Source: Candidatus Falkowbacteria bacterium (lineage in GTDB: Bacteria; Patescibacteriota; Patescibacteriia; Patescibacteriales; UBA12465). From it: a stretch of DNA of 64,000 nt. The DNA lies in assembly GCA_026396805.1 (NCBI GenBank), contig JAPLVZ010000009.1:4058-68057 (forward strand), in the 5' to 3' direction. The position numbers and the translations under genes were made by a program. Positions 1 to 10,209 of this stretch are shown piece by piece. Every line of letters begins with the position of its first letter. The stretch's first letter is position 1. Below the pieces are notes generated by a model. That model worked only from the letters and a program-made list of their open reading frames with translations, was not told the DNA's origin and did no database searches.

Positions 1-527
1 TGTTTAAAAATGTCGACCGTTCCCAAATAATCAATAAAGTCTTAAGTGACGCCCCGGATGGATTATTGATATCGGGCGCAGGCGAAAACGGCGCCTATAT
101 CTTAACGCCGCGTTCGGGAAATTTTTCGGAAGTAAGGAATCTGGTTAAAAATATTTTTACCGCTTCCTCGGCCGAATCGGTCATGACTCCGGTCAAGAAG
201 ATAGTTAAAATTACCGATGCCGCCCAGGTAGTAATTTTAAACGGTACCTGGATCAGCGGCTTGGCCGGCAAAACCGCCGTCATCCTTGAGCAATCCGGTT
301 TTATAATTTCAAAAATCGGCAACGCTCCGGAAAGGAATTATACTCAAACCACCGTTTATAGTTTAGCGACCTCCACTGTCAAAGAAAAATCTCTTAAGAC
401 TCTAGAAACATTGGTTGGCGCCGCTCAATCTTTTAATTTTCCGGCCTGGATAAGCGATTATCAAGCCACCAGCACTGCTCCCGACTTCTTGTTGGTTATT
501 GGCACGGACGCCAATAAAGCCGAATAA
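1..527 (+). CDS. LytR/CpsA/Psr-type envelope protein, C-terminal part (LytR_C-like); 5' end outside window
   Basis: Frame 3 is open from base 3 into the listed ORF 66..527; motif VVILNGTxxxGLAGKTA...YTQTTVY resembles LytR_C domains. Confidence 0.45.
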   Translation, partial: FKNVDRSQIINKVLSDAPDGLLISGAGENGAYILTPRSGNFSEVRNLVKNIFTASSAESVMTPVKKIVKITDAAQVVILNGTWISGLAGKTAVILEQSGFIISKIGNAPERNYTQTTVYSLATSTVKEKSLKTLETLVGAAQSFNFPAWISDYQATSTAPDFLLVIGTDANKAE

Positions 528-535
528 ACAAAAAT

Positions 536-1963
536 ATGGAAAACCTCAATAAAAACCTGCCCCTCGTCGTCATCTGCGGCCGGACTAATGTCGGCAAATC
601 CACCCTTTTTAATTGCTTGGTCGAAAAAAGACAAGCCTTGATTTCTGATATCGCCGGGACGACTCGCGACAGTAATTTAGGCACGGTCGAATGGTCCGGC
701 AGCGCTTTTGATTTGGTGGATACAGCCGGAATAATTGATTCACGCGCTTTAAGCAATCGGAAAATAACTGAAGATGACATTGACAGCCAAACGCAAAAAC
801 AAGCCAGAAATTATCTTAACCAAGCGGACTTGATTATATTTTTAGTGGACGCAAAAACCGGATTATTACCGGAAGACAAAACCATGGCGGCCGGCTTCAA
901 AAAAAATTCCGAGTACCGCCAGAAAACTTTAGTGGTCGCCAATAAGATAGATAATTTTAAAAACGCTTCCGAGGCGGCACAATTCAACCGACTCGGGTTA
1001 GGAGAACCGCGGATCATTTCCGCGGCCAGCGGACTGGGCACCGGCGACCTCTTGGACACTATTATCGACAAGCTGGATAAGCCGAGAAAAAATAAAAAAA
1101 TAGCGGAAGAAGACACAAACGGAATAAATGTTTGTATCATCGGCAAACCGAACGTCGGCAAGTCATCTCTATTAAACGCCATTCTCGGTTATGAGAGAGT
1201 TATCGTCAGCCCGGTTGCTCACACCACTCGCGAATCGCAAAATACCAAAATAATTTATAAGGGCGAAAATATCACCCTGGTAGATACGGCCGGAATCGCC
1301 CGTCATAGCCGCAACACCATCGGTTTTGAAAAACTGGGCGTACAAAAATCTTTAAAATCTTTAGAAAGGGCGGATATCGCCCTCCTAGTCATGGATATCA
1401 GCGAACCGATAACCCATCAGGACGCCAAACTTATCCAAGAGATAAAAGATCGGGGAAAGAGCCTGGTCTTCATCGCCAATAAATGGGATAAACTGGAAAA
1501 TAGGGATACCAAGAAATGGACGGAAATAATTTACGATAAGCTGCCGTTTGCGACCTGGGCCCCCATCCAATTCATTTCCGCTAAGACCGGCGAGAAGGTT
1601 AATAAGATTTTAGATTTGATTATCACGATCGCGACCCAGAGAAAATTGGAATTGAGCGATTCGCAATGTGACAAATTCATGAAAGCGGTCGTTAAGATCC
1701 ATAAACCGGCCAAAGGAAAGGGACTGAAGGCGCCGCGGATTTATGAATTCCGCCAGAAGGATCATAACCCGCCATCTTTTATCGTCAGAATAGGGCCGAA
1801 CGACGATCTTCATTTCTCTTACGTTCGTTTTATGGAAAATCGTCTGCGGGAACGCTTTGGTTTTACCGGAACGCCGCTTAGTGTCCGCGTTACAAAAAAT
1901 AAAAAATCACATACGACCTATAATGAAGCGCCAAACAGGAAATCAACCAGTAACGAAGAATAA
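536..1963 (+). CDS. der: ribosome-associated GTPase Der (EngA)
   Basis: Two tandem G domains with P-loops GRTNVGKST and GKPNVGKSS, DTAG switch motifs, NKxD (ANKID, ANKWD), KH-like C-terminus. Confidence 0.95.
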   Translation: MENLNKNLPLVVICGRTNVGKSTLFNCLVEKRQALISDIAGTTRDSNLGTVEWSGSAFDLVDTAGIIDSRALSNRKITEDDIDSQTQKQARNYLNQADLIIFLVDAKTGLLPEDKTMAAGFKKNSEYRQKTLVVANKIDNFKNASEAAQFNRLGLGEPRIISAASGLGTGDLLDTIIDKLDKPRKNKKIAEEDTNGINVCIIGKPNVGKSSLLNAILGYERVIVSPVAHTTRESQNTKIIYKGENITLVDTAGIARHSRNTIGFEKLGVQKSLKSLERADIALLVMDISEPITHQDAKLIQEIKDRGKSLVFIANKWDKLENRDTKKWTEIIYDKLPFATWAPIQFISAKTGEKVNKILDLIITIATQRKLELSDSQCDKFMKAVVKIHKPAKGKGLKAPRIYEFRQKDHNPPSFIVRIGPNDDLHFSYVRFMENRLRERFGFTGTPLSVRVTKNKKSHTTYNEAPNRKSTSNEE

Positions 1964-1964
1964 T

Positions 1965-2513
1965 ATGAAAATCATCGTCGGCCTGGGCAATCCCGGGGAA
2001 CAATATAAGAGCGCGCGCCATAATACCGGTTGGCTGATTTTAGATAATCTTCTCGGCGACGTGAACTGGTCGGAGAATAAGAAATTCAACGCGCTTCTTT
2101 ATAAAGACGGCGATTTTTTATTCGTCAAACCATTGACCTTCATGAATGAATCAGGAACCAGCGTCCGAAAAATATTGGATTACTACGGGCTGCTGCCAAA
2201 AAACTTCGGCTTGATTAAAAAGAAAGACGCGGATTTACAAAACATTCTGACGGTTATTCATGACGACTTAGATTTAAATTTTGGAGACTATAAAATCGCC
2301 ACGGATTCCGGCAGCGCCGGACATCGAGGCGTCCAGTCGATTATTGATCATTTAAAAACTAAAAAATTCACTCGTCTGCGCTGCGGCATTAAAAATGACC
2401 TGCTCCGAACGCATGTTCCGCCCGATAAATTCGTTCTAGATAATTTCAGCGGCGAAGAGAAAATCAAGCTTAAAGAATTATCATCCCAACTCAATATAAA
2501 AGATATAAAATAA
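1965..2513 (+). CDS. pth: peptidyl-tRNA hydrolase
   Basis: MKIIVGLGNPGxxYxxxRHNxG N-terminus typical of Pth. Start placed at ATG 1965 (2 nt after der stop) instead of the upstream in-frame ATG 1857 that overlaps der. Confidence 0.9.
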   Translation: MKIIVGLGNPGEQYKSARHNTGWLILDNLLGDVNWSENKKFNALLYKDGDFLFVKPLTFMNESGTSVRKILDYYGLLPKNFGLIKKKDADLQNILTVIHDDLDLNFGDYKIATDSGSAGHRGVQSIIDHLKTKKFTRLRCGIKNDLLRTHVPPDKFVLDNFSGEEKIKLKELSSQLNIKDIK

Positions 2514-2559
2514 ACATAAAATCCTCCTAAAAAATTTAGGGGGATTTTATTAAATTATT

Positions 2560-3711
2560 ATGAACCACGAAAACATCACCTACGAAGACAAATATTATTA
2601 TTTAGCCTTCAGCTATTTCCAAAAAATCGGACCGGTAAATATGAAACGACTGGAGAAATTTTTTCCTGATATGCACCAGGCCTGGTTCGCTAACGCCTGG
2701 GAATTGGAACGCGCCGGCCTCAACCCCTCTTTAGCGGACGCTTTTATAAACTGGAGAAAATCCTCGGCGGCTTCCATCGCCAATATAATCAGTGAACTAA
2801 AAAAAGAAGAAATTTCTTTCATCACTTGGAAAGACCCTGATTATCCGGCTCTGCTTAAAGAAATAGCGGTTCCGCCGCCGGTCTTATATTATAAAGGAGA
2901 AATTGAAAGTAGCGCGAAGAGACGTCTGGCAGTCGTCGGTTCCAGAAAATTCAGCGCCTACGGAAGTAAGGCCATCGCCGAATTATTACCGGGAGTAATT
3001 GAATCAGAAATAGAAATTATCAGCGGTTTGGCCTTAGGAATAGACGCTTTAGCGCACCAAAAAACTTTAGAACTGGGAGGAAAAACTTGGGCGGTCCTCG
3101 GTTCCGGCCTGGACTTTAAAAATATTTATCCGGCCGCCAACCGCCGTTTAGCGGAAAATATCATTAATCATGGCGGCGCCCTGATTTCCGAATTTCCGCC
3201 AGGTACTCCGCCCCATAAACAAAACTTCCCGCAACGCAATCGCATTATCGCCGGATTAGCGCAAGCGACCTTAATCGTTGAAGCGCCGATAAAATCCGGC
3301 GCCTTAATCACAGCCGACTGGGCCTTAGAAGAAAATCGGGAAGTCTTGGCCGTGCCGGGAAATATCTTCGCCGAATTTTCCGCCGGCCCCAATAAACTGA
3401 TTAAATCCGGCGCCAGACCGATAACTGCCACCGCCGATATTCTAGAGGTCTACGGATTAAACGACGACAGTGACAGAAATAATAAAATTAAAAAACGCCT
3501 CGCCGGAAGGCCGCTCTTTTTTCCAAAAAACGAAAACGAAGCTATAATCTATAAAATATTAAAGGAAACATCGGAACGCGCGGAAAAAATCAGTTCCGAT
3601 GAAATAATCAGAAAAACAAACCTTGACACCGCGGTCGTAAATAGTACACTAAGTATATTGGAAATCCAAGGGATTGCTAAAAATAGCGAATACGGTTATG
3701 ATTTAAATTAA
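2560..3711 (+). CDS. dprA: DNA-processing protein DprA (Smf)
   Basis: Rossmann-like DprA core (VVGSRKxSxYG, SGLALGIDALAHQ, FPQRNRIIAGL) and C-terminal wHTH-like tail. Confidence 0.9.
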   Translation: MNHENITYEDKYYYLAFSYFQKIGPVNMKRLEKFFPDMHQAWFANAWELERAGLNPSLADAFINWRKSSAASIANIISELKKEEISFITWKDPDYPALLKEIAVPPPVLYYKGEIESSAKRRLAVVGSRKFSAYGSKAIAELLPGVIESEIEIISGLALGIDALAHQKTLELGGKTWAVLGSGLDFKNIYPAANRRLAENIINHGGALISEFPPGTPPHKQNFPQRNRIIAGLAQATLIVEAPIKSGALITADWALEENREVLAVPGNIFAEFSAGPNKLIKSGARPITATADILEVYGLNDDSDRNNKIKKRLAGRPLFFPKNENEAIIYKILKETSERAEKISSDEIIRKTNLDTAVVNSTLSILEIQGIAKNSEYGYDLN

Positions 3712-3725
3712 ATTATCTTGCTCTT

Positions 3726-5951
3726 ATGACTTTAATAATCGTCGAGTCTCCAACCAAGGCCAAAACCATCGGTAAATTCCTGGGCCAAGAATACCAAGTC
3801 GAATCTTCATTCGGCCATATTCGCGATCTTCCCAAAAGTGAAATGGGCGTCGATATTGAAAATGGTTTCACGCCCAAATATGTCATCCCGACCAAGGCTA
3901 AAAAAATCGTCAGCGGCTTAAAGGCCGACGCCAAAAAAGCTTCGGAAGTCATTTTGGCGTCTGATGAAGACCGTGAAGGAGAAGCAATCTCTTGGCATCT
4001 GATTCAGGCTCTAGGATTAGATGAAAAAAAGACTAAGAGAATCGCTTTCCATGAAATTACTAAAAATGCCATTCTAGAAGCCCTGGAAAAACCGCGCCCG
4101 CTTGATTTAAATATGGTTGACGCGCAACAAGCGCGTCGCGTGCTTGATCGCCTGGTCGGTTATGAATTATCCCCCTTCTTATGGAAAAAGGTGGCCAAGG
4201 GCTTATCCGCCGGCCGCGTCCAAAGCGTCGCTACTCGTTTGATAGTCGAAAGGGAACGAGAAATCCAGGCCTTTATCCCGGAAGAATATTGGAGCTTATC
4301 GGCCGATTTCAGCGGCGGGACAGAGACAGAAAAATTTACCGCTGATTTATATAAAATCCGCGACAAAACTTTTGACAAGCTGAAAATAAAAAAAACCGAC
4401 GCGGAGGAGTTAAAAAAAATCCTCCAACCGGCCGATTATACCATCGACAAAATAGAAAAAAAGCAGGTCAGCAAGAATCCGGGCGCGCCTTTCACGACTT
4501 CGACTTTGCAGCAATCCGCTAATCGCCACCTCGGATTCAGCGCCAAACAAACCATGGCCGTCGCCCAAAAACTATATGAAGAAGGGCATATTACCTACAT
4601 GCGAACCGATTCGCTTAATCTGTCTCCGAAGTTCTTAGGCGAAGCCGAGGCCTGGCTTAAGAAAAATTTAGGCGCCGATTACGCGGTCAAGGGCGGACGT
4701 GTTTTTAAAAATAAAAGCAAAAACGCTCAAGAGGCTCATGAAGCGATTCGCCCGACCGAAGCCCATAATACTCCGGAAGAGTTGGGGGCTAAATTGGATA
4801 AAAGCCAAGAACGTTTATACCGCCTAATCTGGCAAAGAGCGGTTGCCAGCCAAATGCCGGCCGCTAAACTGGCCGCGACCGCTATCGACGTCAAGGCCGT
4901 GGACGATAAAGAAATTTATATTTTCCGCGCTAACGGGCAGATGCTGGTTTTTCCCGGTTATCTGAAAATCTGGCCGGAAAATACTAAAGAACAGGAATTG
5001 CCGCTCTTAGAAGAAAAACAATCCATCGCCTTACTGGATTTGCGTTCCGACCAGCATTCCACCAATCCGCCGGCGCGATATTCGGACGCCAGCCTGGTCA
5101 AGGAATTGGAAAAACATGGCATCGGCCGTCCGTCCACTTACGCGCCGACCATCAATACGATCATTGTCCGCAATTACGTGGAACGCGATGACAACAAAAA
5201 ACTTAAACCGACCAGTATCGCTTTTGTCGTCACCGATTTACTGTTGAATCACTTCCCAAAAATCGTCGATTACCAATTCACCGCCGCTATGGAAAATAAT
5301 TTAGACCTCATCGCCGACGGAAAAAAGGGCTGGCAACCGGTCATCGGCGATTTTTACAAAGACTTTCACGATAATTTACAAAAAAAATATATGGAAATCA
5401 ATAAAAATGATATTATGCCGGAAGAAAAATCAAGCGAAATCTGCGATAAATGCGGCGCGGCGATGGTCATTAAAACCGGGCGTTATGGAAAATTTCTGGC
5501 TTGCGGCGCGTTTCCCGATTGCCGCAATATTAAAAAAATGACTGGCGACCAGGGCGGCGAAAAAAAAGAACCGGACGCGAAGACCTTAGAACTGGAAAAA
5601 AAATACGCCGGCAAAGTCTGCGCTAAATGCGGCGCGGCGATGAAAGTAAGAGTAGGGAAGTATGGTCCGTTCCTGGCCTGCTCCGCTTATCCGAAATGTA
5701 AAAATATTAAAAATATCGCCCAGCCCGGAGACGGCCAAGAGGTTGCCTGTCCGATTTGCGGCGACGGTAAAATCGTTAAAAAATTCAGCAAACGTGGCGC
5801 CTTTTACGCTTGTAGTAATTATCCGAAATGTAAAAACGCTTATTGGGGCCAGCCGACCGGAGAAAAATGCCCGGATTGCGAAGCCTTGCTGGTTACCGAT
5901 AAAAACGGAGAAATCAAATGCAGTAATCGCGGCTGTACCTATAAAAAATAA
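3726..5951 (+). CDS. topA: DNA topoisomerase I with four C-terminal zinc ribbons
   Basis: TOPRIM start (IVESPTKAKTI), active-site region ITYMRTDS, four CxxC...CxxC modules (CDKCG.., CAKCG.., CPICG.., CPDCE..). Confidence 0.95.
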   Translation: MTLIIVESPTKAKTIGKFLGQEYQVESSFGHIRDLPKSEMGVDIENGFTPKYVIPTKAKKIVSGLKADAKKASEVILASDEDREGEAISWHLIQALGLDEKKTKRIAFHEITKNAILEALEKPRPLDLNMVDAQQARRVLDRLVGYELSPFLWKKVAKGLSAGRVQSVATRLIVEREREIQAFIPEEYWSLSADFSGGTETEKFTADLYKIRDKTFDKLKIKKTDAEELKKILQPADYTIDKIEKKQVSKNPGAPFTTSTLQQSANRHLGFSAKQTMAVAQKLYEEGHITYMRTDSLNLSPKFLGEAEAWLKKNLGADYAVKGGRVFKNKSKNAQEAHEAIRPTEAHNTPEELGAKLDKSQERLYRLIWQRAVASQMPAAKLAATAIDVKAVDDKEIYIFRANGQMLVFPGYLKIWPENTKEQELPLLEEKQSIALLDLRSDQHSTNPPARYSDASLVKELEKHGIGRPSTYAPTINTIIVRNYVERDDNKKLKPTSIAFVVTDLLLNHFPKIVDYQFTAAMENNLDLIADGKKGWQPVIGDFYKDFHDNLQKKYMEINKNDIMPEEKSSEICDKCGAAMVIKTGRYGKFLACGAFPDCRNIKKMTGDQGGEKKEPDAKTLELEKKYAGKVCAKCGAAMKVRVGKYGPFLACSAYPKCKNIKNIAQPGDGQEVACPICGDGKIVKKFSKRGAFYACSNYPKCKNAYWGQPTGEKCPDCEALLVTDKNGEIKCSNRGCTYKK

Positions 5952-5965
5952 TCTTGCCGGATACG

Positions 5966-6007
5966 AAAGAGCCCCTTCATTTTCAGAATGGGGCTCTTTT
6001 ATTTTTT
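5966..6007. terminator. hairpin plus T-run between convergent topA and the 6051..6344 gene
   Basis: AAAGAGCCCC (5966-5975) pairs with GGGGCTCTTT (5990-5999), followed by TTATTTTTT. Confidence 0.7.
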
Positions 6008-6050
6008 AAAATCTTCGTTCTTGATTTATTTTCTTACCGGTCTATCCGGT

Positions 6051-6344
6051 CTATTTCTTCTTAGACGAGGCTTTCTTGTCTCTTTTGGCTTGGACGAATT
6101 CCATCGCCTTCTTGGCGATTTCTCCTAAAATCATAAAGTAAGTGGCGCTATTTTTCAACTTGTCTTTAGCCAGATCGATAATTCCTTCCGCTTTAATCAC
6201 GCCATTCTCCACCCTTTTAATCAACTTATGGATTTTTTGGACGCTGGCGACAAAATAATAAATCGCCCAACATAAGAAGAAAGTTAGTAGAGCCAAACAG
6301 ACGGCTAAAACCAGATTTAAGATGTCGCTCGAAGTGGAAAACAT
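6051..6344 (-). CDS. small membrane-anchored protein, unknown function
   Basis: 97-aa ORF with one N-terminal hydrophobic helix and a charged helical, Lys-rich C-terminus; last gene of the valS-pheST minus-strand string. Confidence 0.55.
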   Translation of the reverse strand: MFSTSSDILNLVLAVCLALLTFFLCWAIYYFVASVQKIHKLIKRVENGVIKAEGIIDLAKDKLKNSATYFMILGEIAKKAMEFVQAKRDKKASSKKK

Positions 6345-6361
6345 ATTTTTTATTTAATGAT

Positions 6362-8791
6362 TTAAAAGTCTCTTAGTTTCGCTTCAAATTTATGCGCCAG
6401 ATAAGTGATTAGCGCGGCCTGGATCTTATCAACTTCTTCGGCAACCAGGGTCCGGTCTTCAGCTCGATAAGATAAATGGAACGCCAAGCTTTTCTGTCCG
6501 CCGGCTAATTTATTTCCGATATAAACATCAAACAGTTCGACTGATTTGATAAGCGGATTAAATCGGCTTATTTCCCTCCTCAAATCATTATACAATATTT
6601 TGTTCGGGGCGACAAAGGCCAGATCGCGCATTACCGGCGGATATTTCGGCGCTTCGACGCAACGGAAAGACGGCTGGTTAAGAATCAGTTCAACCAACTT
6701 ATTAAAATTTAGTTCCGCTAAAGCCGTCGCTTTCTTTAAATTCAGGTTAGCGGTCGCTTCCTGGCTAAGCAAACCGATAACCCCCAATTCCTGGCCTAGA
6801 ACCACGACTTTAGCCGCTGAATATTTATCCGCCCAACCGGGAAGATTATCAAGAACCAAAAATTCCGTTTCTATCCCCGAATTAAATAAATTCTTAAACA
6901 AGCTATTAATAACGCTTTTTAGGCGGCCGAGCAAATCACCCTCTCCGGCAAGAACGAGCCCGAGACGTTTCTCCTGATAAGGTAAAAAATTTCCCTCGAT
7001 ATTATCTTTTATTACATTACCCATCGTTTTAAAGAAAACGTTGCCGATTTCGAAAAAACCGAAATCATCGCTCTTAAACTGATTAGTCTTGATGTTGGCG
7101 ACCAGCCCGGGCGTAAGCGACTGGCGCAAAAGATTCTGGATTCCGGAAAGAGGATTGGCCAGCTTAAGATAATTGAAAAAATCGATATTTAATTTCTTCA
7201 GTTGATCTTCGCCGACAAAAGAATAATTATAAGCTTCGCTAAGAGAGCCCTTCAGACACAGAATATTTTTTATTTTCCTCTCTATCTTCCCGGTCTCGTT
7301 AACTTCCGGCAAAGCCATCGCCAAAACCGGCAACCGCGCCTCAATCTTATCATAGCCGTAAAGCCTTAAAACTTCTTCGGCTAAATCTTCTTTGCTGGAA
7401 ATATCTTTAGTCGCGCGCCAAGAAGGGATAGAAACTTTCAAAATTTCCTCTTTTTTGCCGTCTAAGGAAAAACCAAGCTTTTCCAAAATACTAATAACGT
7501 TATCACGGGGAATCTCCTGACCGATCTTATTCTTCAGCCAATTTAAATCCAATTCAACCGTTGATTGCTTCTGATCCGCGTTATTGATATCTACTAGAGG
7601 GCTGGCTATCTTCATGCTCGGACAGATTTCTTTTAAGAGCGCCAGGAAACGAAAAATAGCGATTTCAGGCAGAACCGGGTCCAGGGCTTTTTCAAAACGG
7701 ATTGATGACTCGGTGCGCAAATTCAATTTTTGCGAAGTTTTACGGACAGTGGCGGCGGCAAAATTAGCGGATTCCAAAATCAATTCCTTGGTTCCAGGAG
7801 TTATCTCACTGCTGCGCCCGCCCATGATACCGGCCAAAGCCACGGTTTGACGGCCATCGGTAATAACCAAATCATCAACCGATAAAACCCGTTCTTTCTC
7901 GTCTAGAGTTTCTATTGTTTCATTTTTCTCCGCCTGACGGACAAGAATTTTTTTCATTTTCGCGGCGTCAAAGGCATGCAGCGGCTGGCCGCAATCGAAC
8001 ATGACATAATTAGTCAAATCCACGATATTATTAATCGGACGCTGATTAACGGCCACTAATCTTTCCTTGAGCCAAGCCGGCGATTCCTTAATTTCTAGGC
8101 CGCTTACCTTAACCGCCAGGTAACGCGGGCAGGCGTCAGGAGCCGAGACTTTCACTTCCAGTTGGTTATTTTTAGCATCCAAAAAATCCTCTTGGCGAGC
8201 GAACTTTTTTTCATAAGGCAACAGGCGCAGGTTAAAAATGGCCGCCAGTTCGCGCGCTAAGCCATAATGGTTTAAAAGGTCCGGCCGGTTAGATAAGGAT
8301 TTATTATCTATCTCAAAAACAATATCATCGGCCTTCAAATATTTAGCGAACGCTTCTCCGATTTTAGCGTTTTCTTTTAAGACCATTATCACCTCGTGAT
8401 TTTTGCCCAATCCTAATTCATCCTCGGCGCAAATCATTCCTTCCGATTTCTGACCGCGAATCAAAGATTCTTTTATTTCCAGGCCGTTAGGCAGGAGCGC
8501 TCCGATCATGGCGATTGCCACCATCTGCCCGGGAGCGACATTCGGCGCGCCGCAGACGATATTCAGTTTTTTCTTTTTGACGTCCACGACGGTCAGGCGC
8601 AAGCGATCGGCGTTGGGGTGTTTAATGACTGATAAAACTTTTCCGACGACAATTTTATTGAATTGCTGCGCGGAATTAATCAAGCCTTCGACTTCAACCG
8701 TATGATTAGTCAATTCCTGGGCGATATCTTCCGGCTTTATTTTTGACGGAATCTTTACGTAGTCTTTCAACCAATTAAGCGATATATACAT
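6362..8791 (-). CDS. pheT: phenylalanine--tRNA ligase beta subunit
   Basis: 809 aa, N-terminal tRNA-binding (OB) domain, B3/4 and B5 regions, C-terminal FDX-ACB-like region; immediately downstream of pheS. Confidence 0.95.
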   Translation of the reverse strand: MYISLNWLKDYVKIPSKIKPEDIAQELTNHTVEVEGLINSAQQFNKIVVGKVLSVIKHPNADRLRLTVVDVKKKKLNIVCGAPNVAPGQMVAIAMIGALLPNGLEIKESLIRGQKSEGMICAEDELGLGKNHEVIMVLKENAKIGEAFAKYLKADDIVFEIDNKSLSNRPDLLNHYGLARELAAIFNLRLLPYEKKFARQEDFLDAKNNQLEVKVSAPDACPRYLAVKVSGLEIKESPAWLKERLVAVNQRPINNIVDLTNYVMFDCGQPLHAFDAAKMKKILVRQAEKNETIETLDEKERVLSVDDLVITDGRQTVALAGIMGGRSSEITPGTKELILESANFAAATVRKTSQKLNLRTESSIRFEKALDPVLPEIAIFRFLALLKEICPSMKIASPLVDINNADQKQSTVELDLNWLKNKIGQEIPRDNVISILEKLGFSLDGKKEEILKVSIPSWRATKDISSKEDLAEEVLRLYGYDKIEARLPVLAMALPEVNETGKIERKIKNILCLKGSLSEAYNYSFVGEDQLKKLNIDFFNYLKLANPLSGIQNLLRQSLTPGLVANIKTNQFKSDDFGFFEIGNVFFKTMGNVIKDNIEGNFLPYQEKRLGLVLAGEGDLLGRLKSVINSLFKNLFNSGIETEFLVLDNLPGWADKYSAAKVVVLGQELGVIGLLSQEATANLNLKKATALAELNFNKLVELILNQPSFRCVEAPKYPPVMRDLAFVAPNKILYNDLRREISRFNPLIKSVELFDVYIGNKLAGGQKSLAFHLSYRAEDRTLVAEEVDKIQAALITYLAHKFEAKLRDF

Positions 8792-8795
8792 ATAA

Positions 8796-9824
8796 TTAAA
8801 ATTGCTCTAAAAATTTAAGGTCGCCGCTATTAAACAGACGAATATCGTTAATATTATATTTCAACATCGCCAAGCGATTCAAACCAAAACCGAAAGCCAG
8901 CCCCGAATATATTTCCGGATCAATGCCGCCGGCGCGGAGAACTTCCGGGTGAATCAAACCGGCGCCGACTATTTCCAGCCAGCCGGTCTGCTTACAGACG
9001 CGACAGCCGCTTCCTTGGCACAAGAAACAAGTATATTCGCCGTTATTACCAGGTTCGACAAAAGGAAAGAATTTCGGACGCATCCTTAATTTAGTGTTCG
9101 GTCCGAATAAACGTTGTCCGACTATTTCCAAAAAACTTTTTAAATTGGCAAAATTAATATTTTCACCGATGAGTAGCCCTTCCACCTGATAAAAAGTATG
9201 TTCATGGCGCGCGTCCGTCGCTTCGTTCCTGAAACAGCGTCCGGGAATAAGCGCTTTAAGAGGTGCGCCATATTTCTGCATCGCCCTGATCTGAACCGGG
9301 GAAGTCTGGGTGCGCATCAATAAATCATAGTGGCCGTCCTTATTCTTATAATCAACATAAAAGGTGTCTTGCATATCTCTGGCGGGGTGGTTCGGCGGAA
9401 TATTAAGCGCGGTGAAGTTATAATAATCGCTTTCCAGCTCCGGACCGTCGAGAATCATAAAACCTAAAGATGAAAAAATGTCTTCCAGTTCATTCTGGAC
9501 AAGAGTGATCGGATTCAAATGACCTTGCGCCAGATTGGCACCGGGCAAGGTAACATCGATTTCATTATTTTTCGCGACTAGATTATTCAAAGATTTGCTC
9601 AGCGCGTTAAATTTTTCTTGCAGTTCCTTCTTGACGTTATTAGCCAGTTCGCCCGCTTCTTTTTTGAGATCGACGTTTAAATCCTTGAGCCCGCCCATTA
9701 ATTCGCTTAATCGTCCACGGCGCGACAAAAATTTCAATTCTAATTCCTTTAAATGCTCATTAGTCTTGACTCGCGCCAATTGTTCCAGAAATTCGTCGCG
9801 CAATTGATTAAATTTGTTTTTCAT
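8796..9824 (-). CDS. pheS: phenylalanine--tRNA ligase alpha subunit
   Basis: Class II aaRS core (HPARDMQDTFY, RTQTSPVQIR, FRNEATDARH, GFGLNRLAM). Confidence 0.95.
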   Translation of the reverse strand: MKNKFNQLRDEFLEQLARVKTNEHLKELELKFLSRRGRLSELMGGLKDLNVDLKKEAGELANNVKKELQEKFNALSKSLNNLVAKNNEIDVTLPGANLAQGHLNPITLVQNELEDIFSSLGFMILDGPELESDYYNFTALNIPPNHPARDMQDTFYVDYKNKDGHYDLLMRTQTSPVQIRAMQKYGAPLKALIPGRCFRNEATDARHEHTFYQVEGLLIGENINFANLKSFLEIVGQRLFGPNTKLRMRPKFFPFVEPGNNGEYTCFLCQGSGCRVCKQTGWLEIVGAGLIHPEVLRAGGIDPEIYSGLAFGFGLNRLAMLKYNINDIRLFNSGDLKFLEQF

Positions 9825-9828
9825 ATTT

Positions 9829-10209
9829 TTATCGGCTGGTTTTATAACTTATTAAAAATAGCTCCAGGATAGAAAAAATTATTATAAGCAGTAAAAGGTT
9901 GAGCCAATTAAACAGACCGGCGGCCTTTAAGATTAAGAGCAGGATTATGAACAAGGAAAATAAGAATGACTGGCGGAACGCCACTTTGACGGAATTAAAA
10001 GCCAATTCTTTTTTTATAACCACGAAACGGAATAGAAAACCGATTAAGGCGATAATCCCGCTTAAGGAGGCGAAAAGAGCCAGATAAAATAATAGAAAAC
10101 CCAGCCAGTTAGTCGCCGTCGGGTCGACGATGCCGGCCACGAACAGAAAAATTCCCCAGCAGACAGCGGTCAGGACGGACATGACCCATAAATATTTCTT
10201 TAAAGTCAT
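9829..10209 (-). CDS. integral membrane protein, unknown function
   Basis: 126 aa with four hydrophobic segments; start overlaps valS stop by 4 nt (coupled). Confidence 0.6.
   Translation of the reverse strand: MTLKKYLWVMSVLTAVCWGIFLFVAGIVDPTATNWLGFLLFYLALFASLSGIIALIGFLFRFVVIKKELAFNSVKVAFRQSFLFSLFIILLLILKAAGLFNWLNLLLLIIIFSILELFLISYKTSR

Noticed and set aside
63-78. 16-nt exact match TTATTGATATCGGGCG between 63-78 and 59526-59541
   Set aside because: About one such match is expected by chance in 64 kb on both strands. Flanks do not align, and one copy is inside a coding region.
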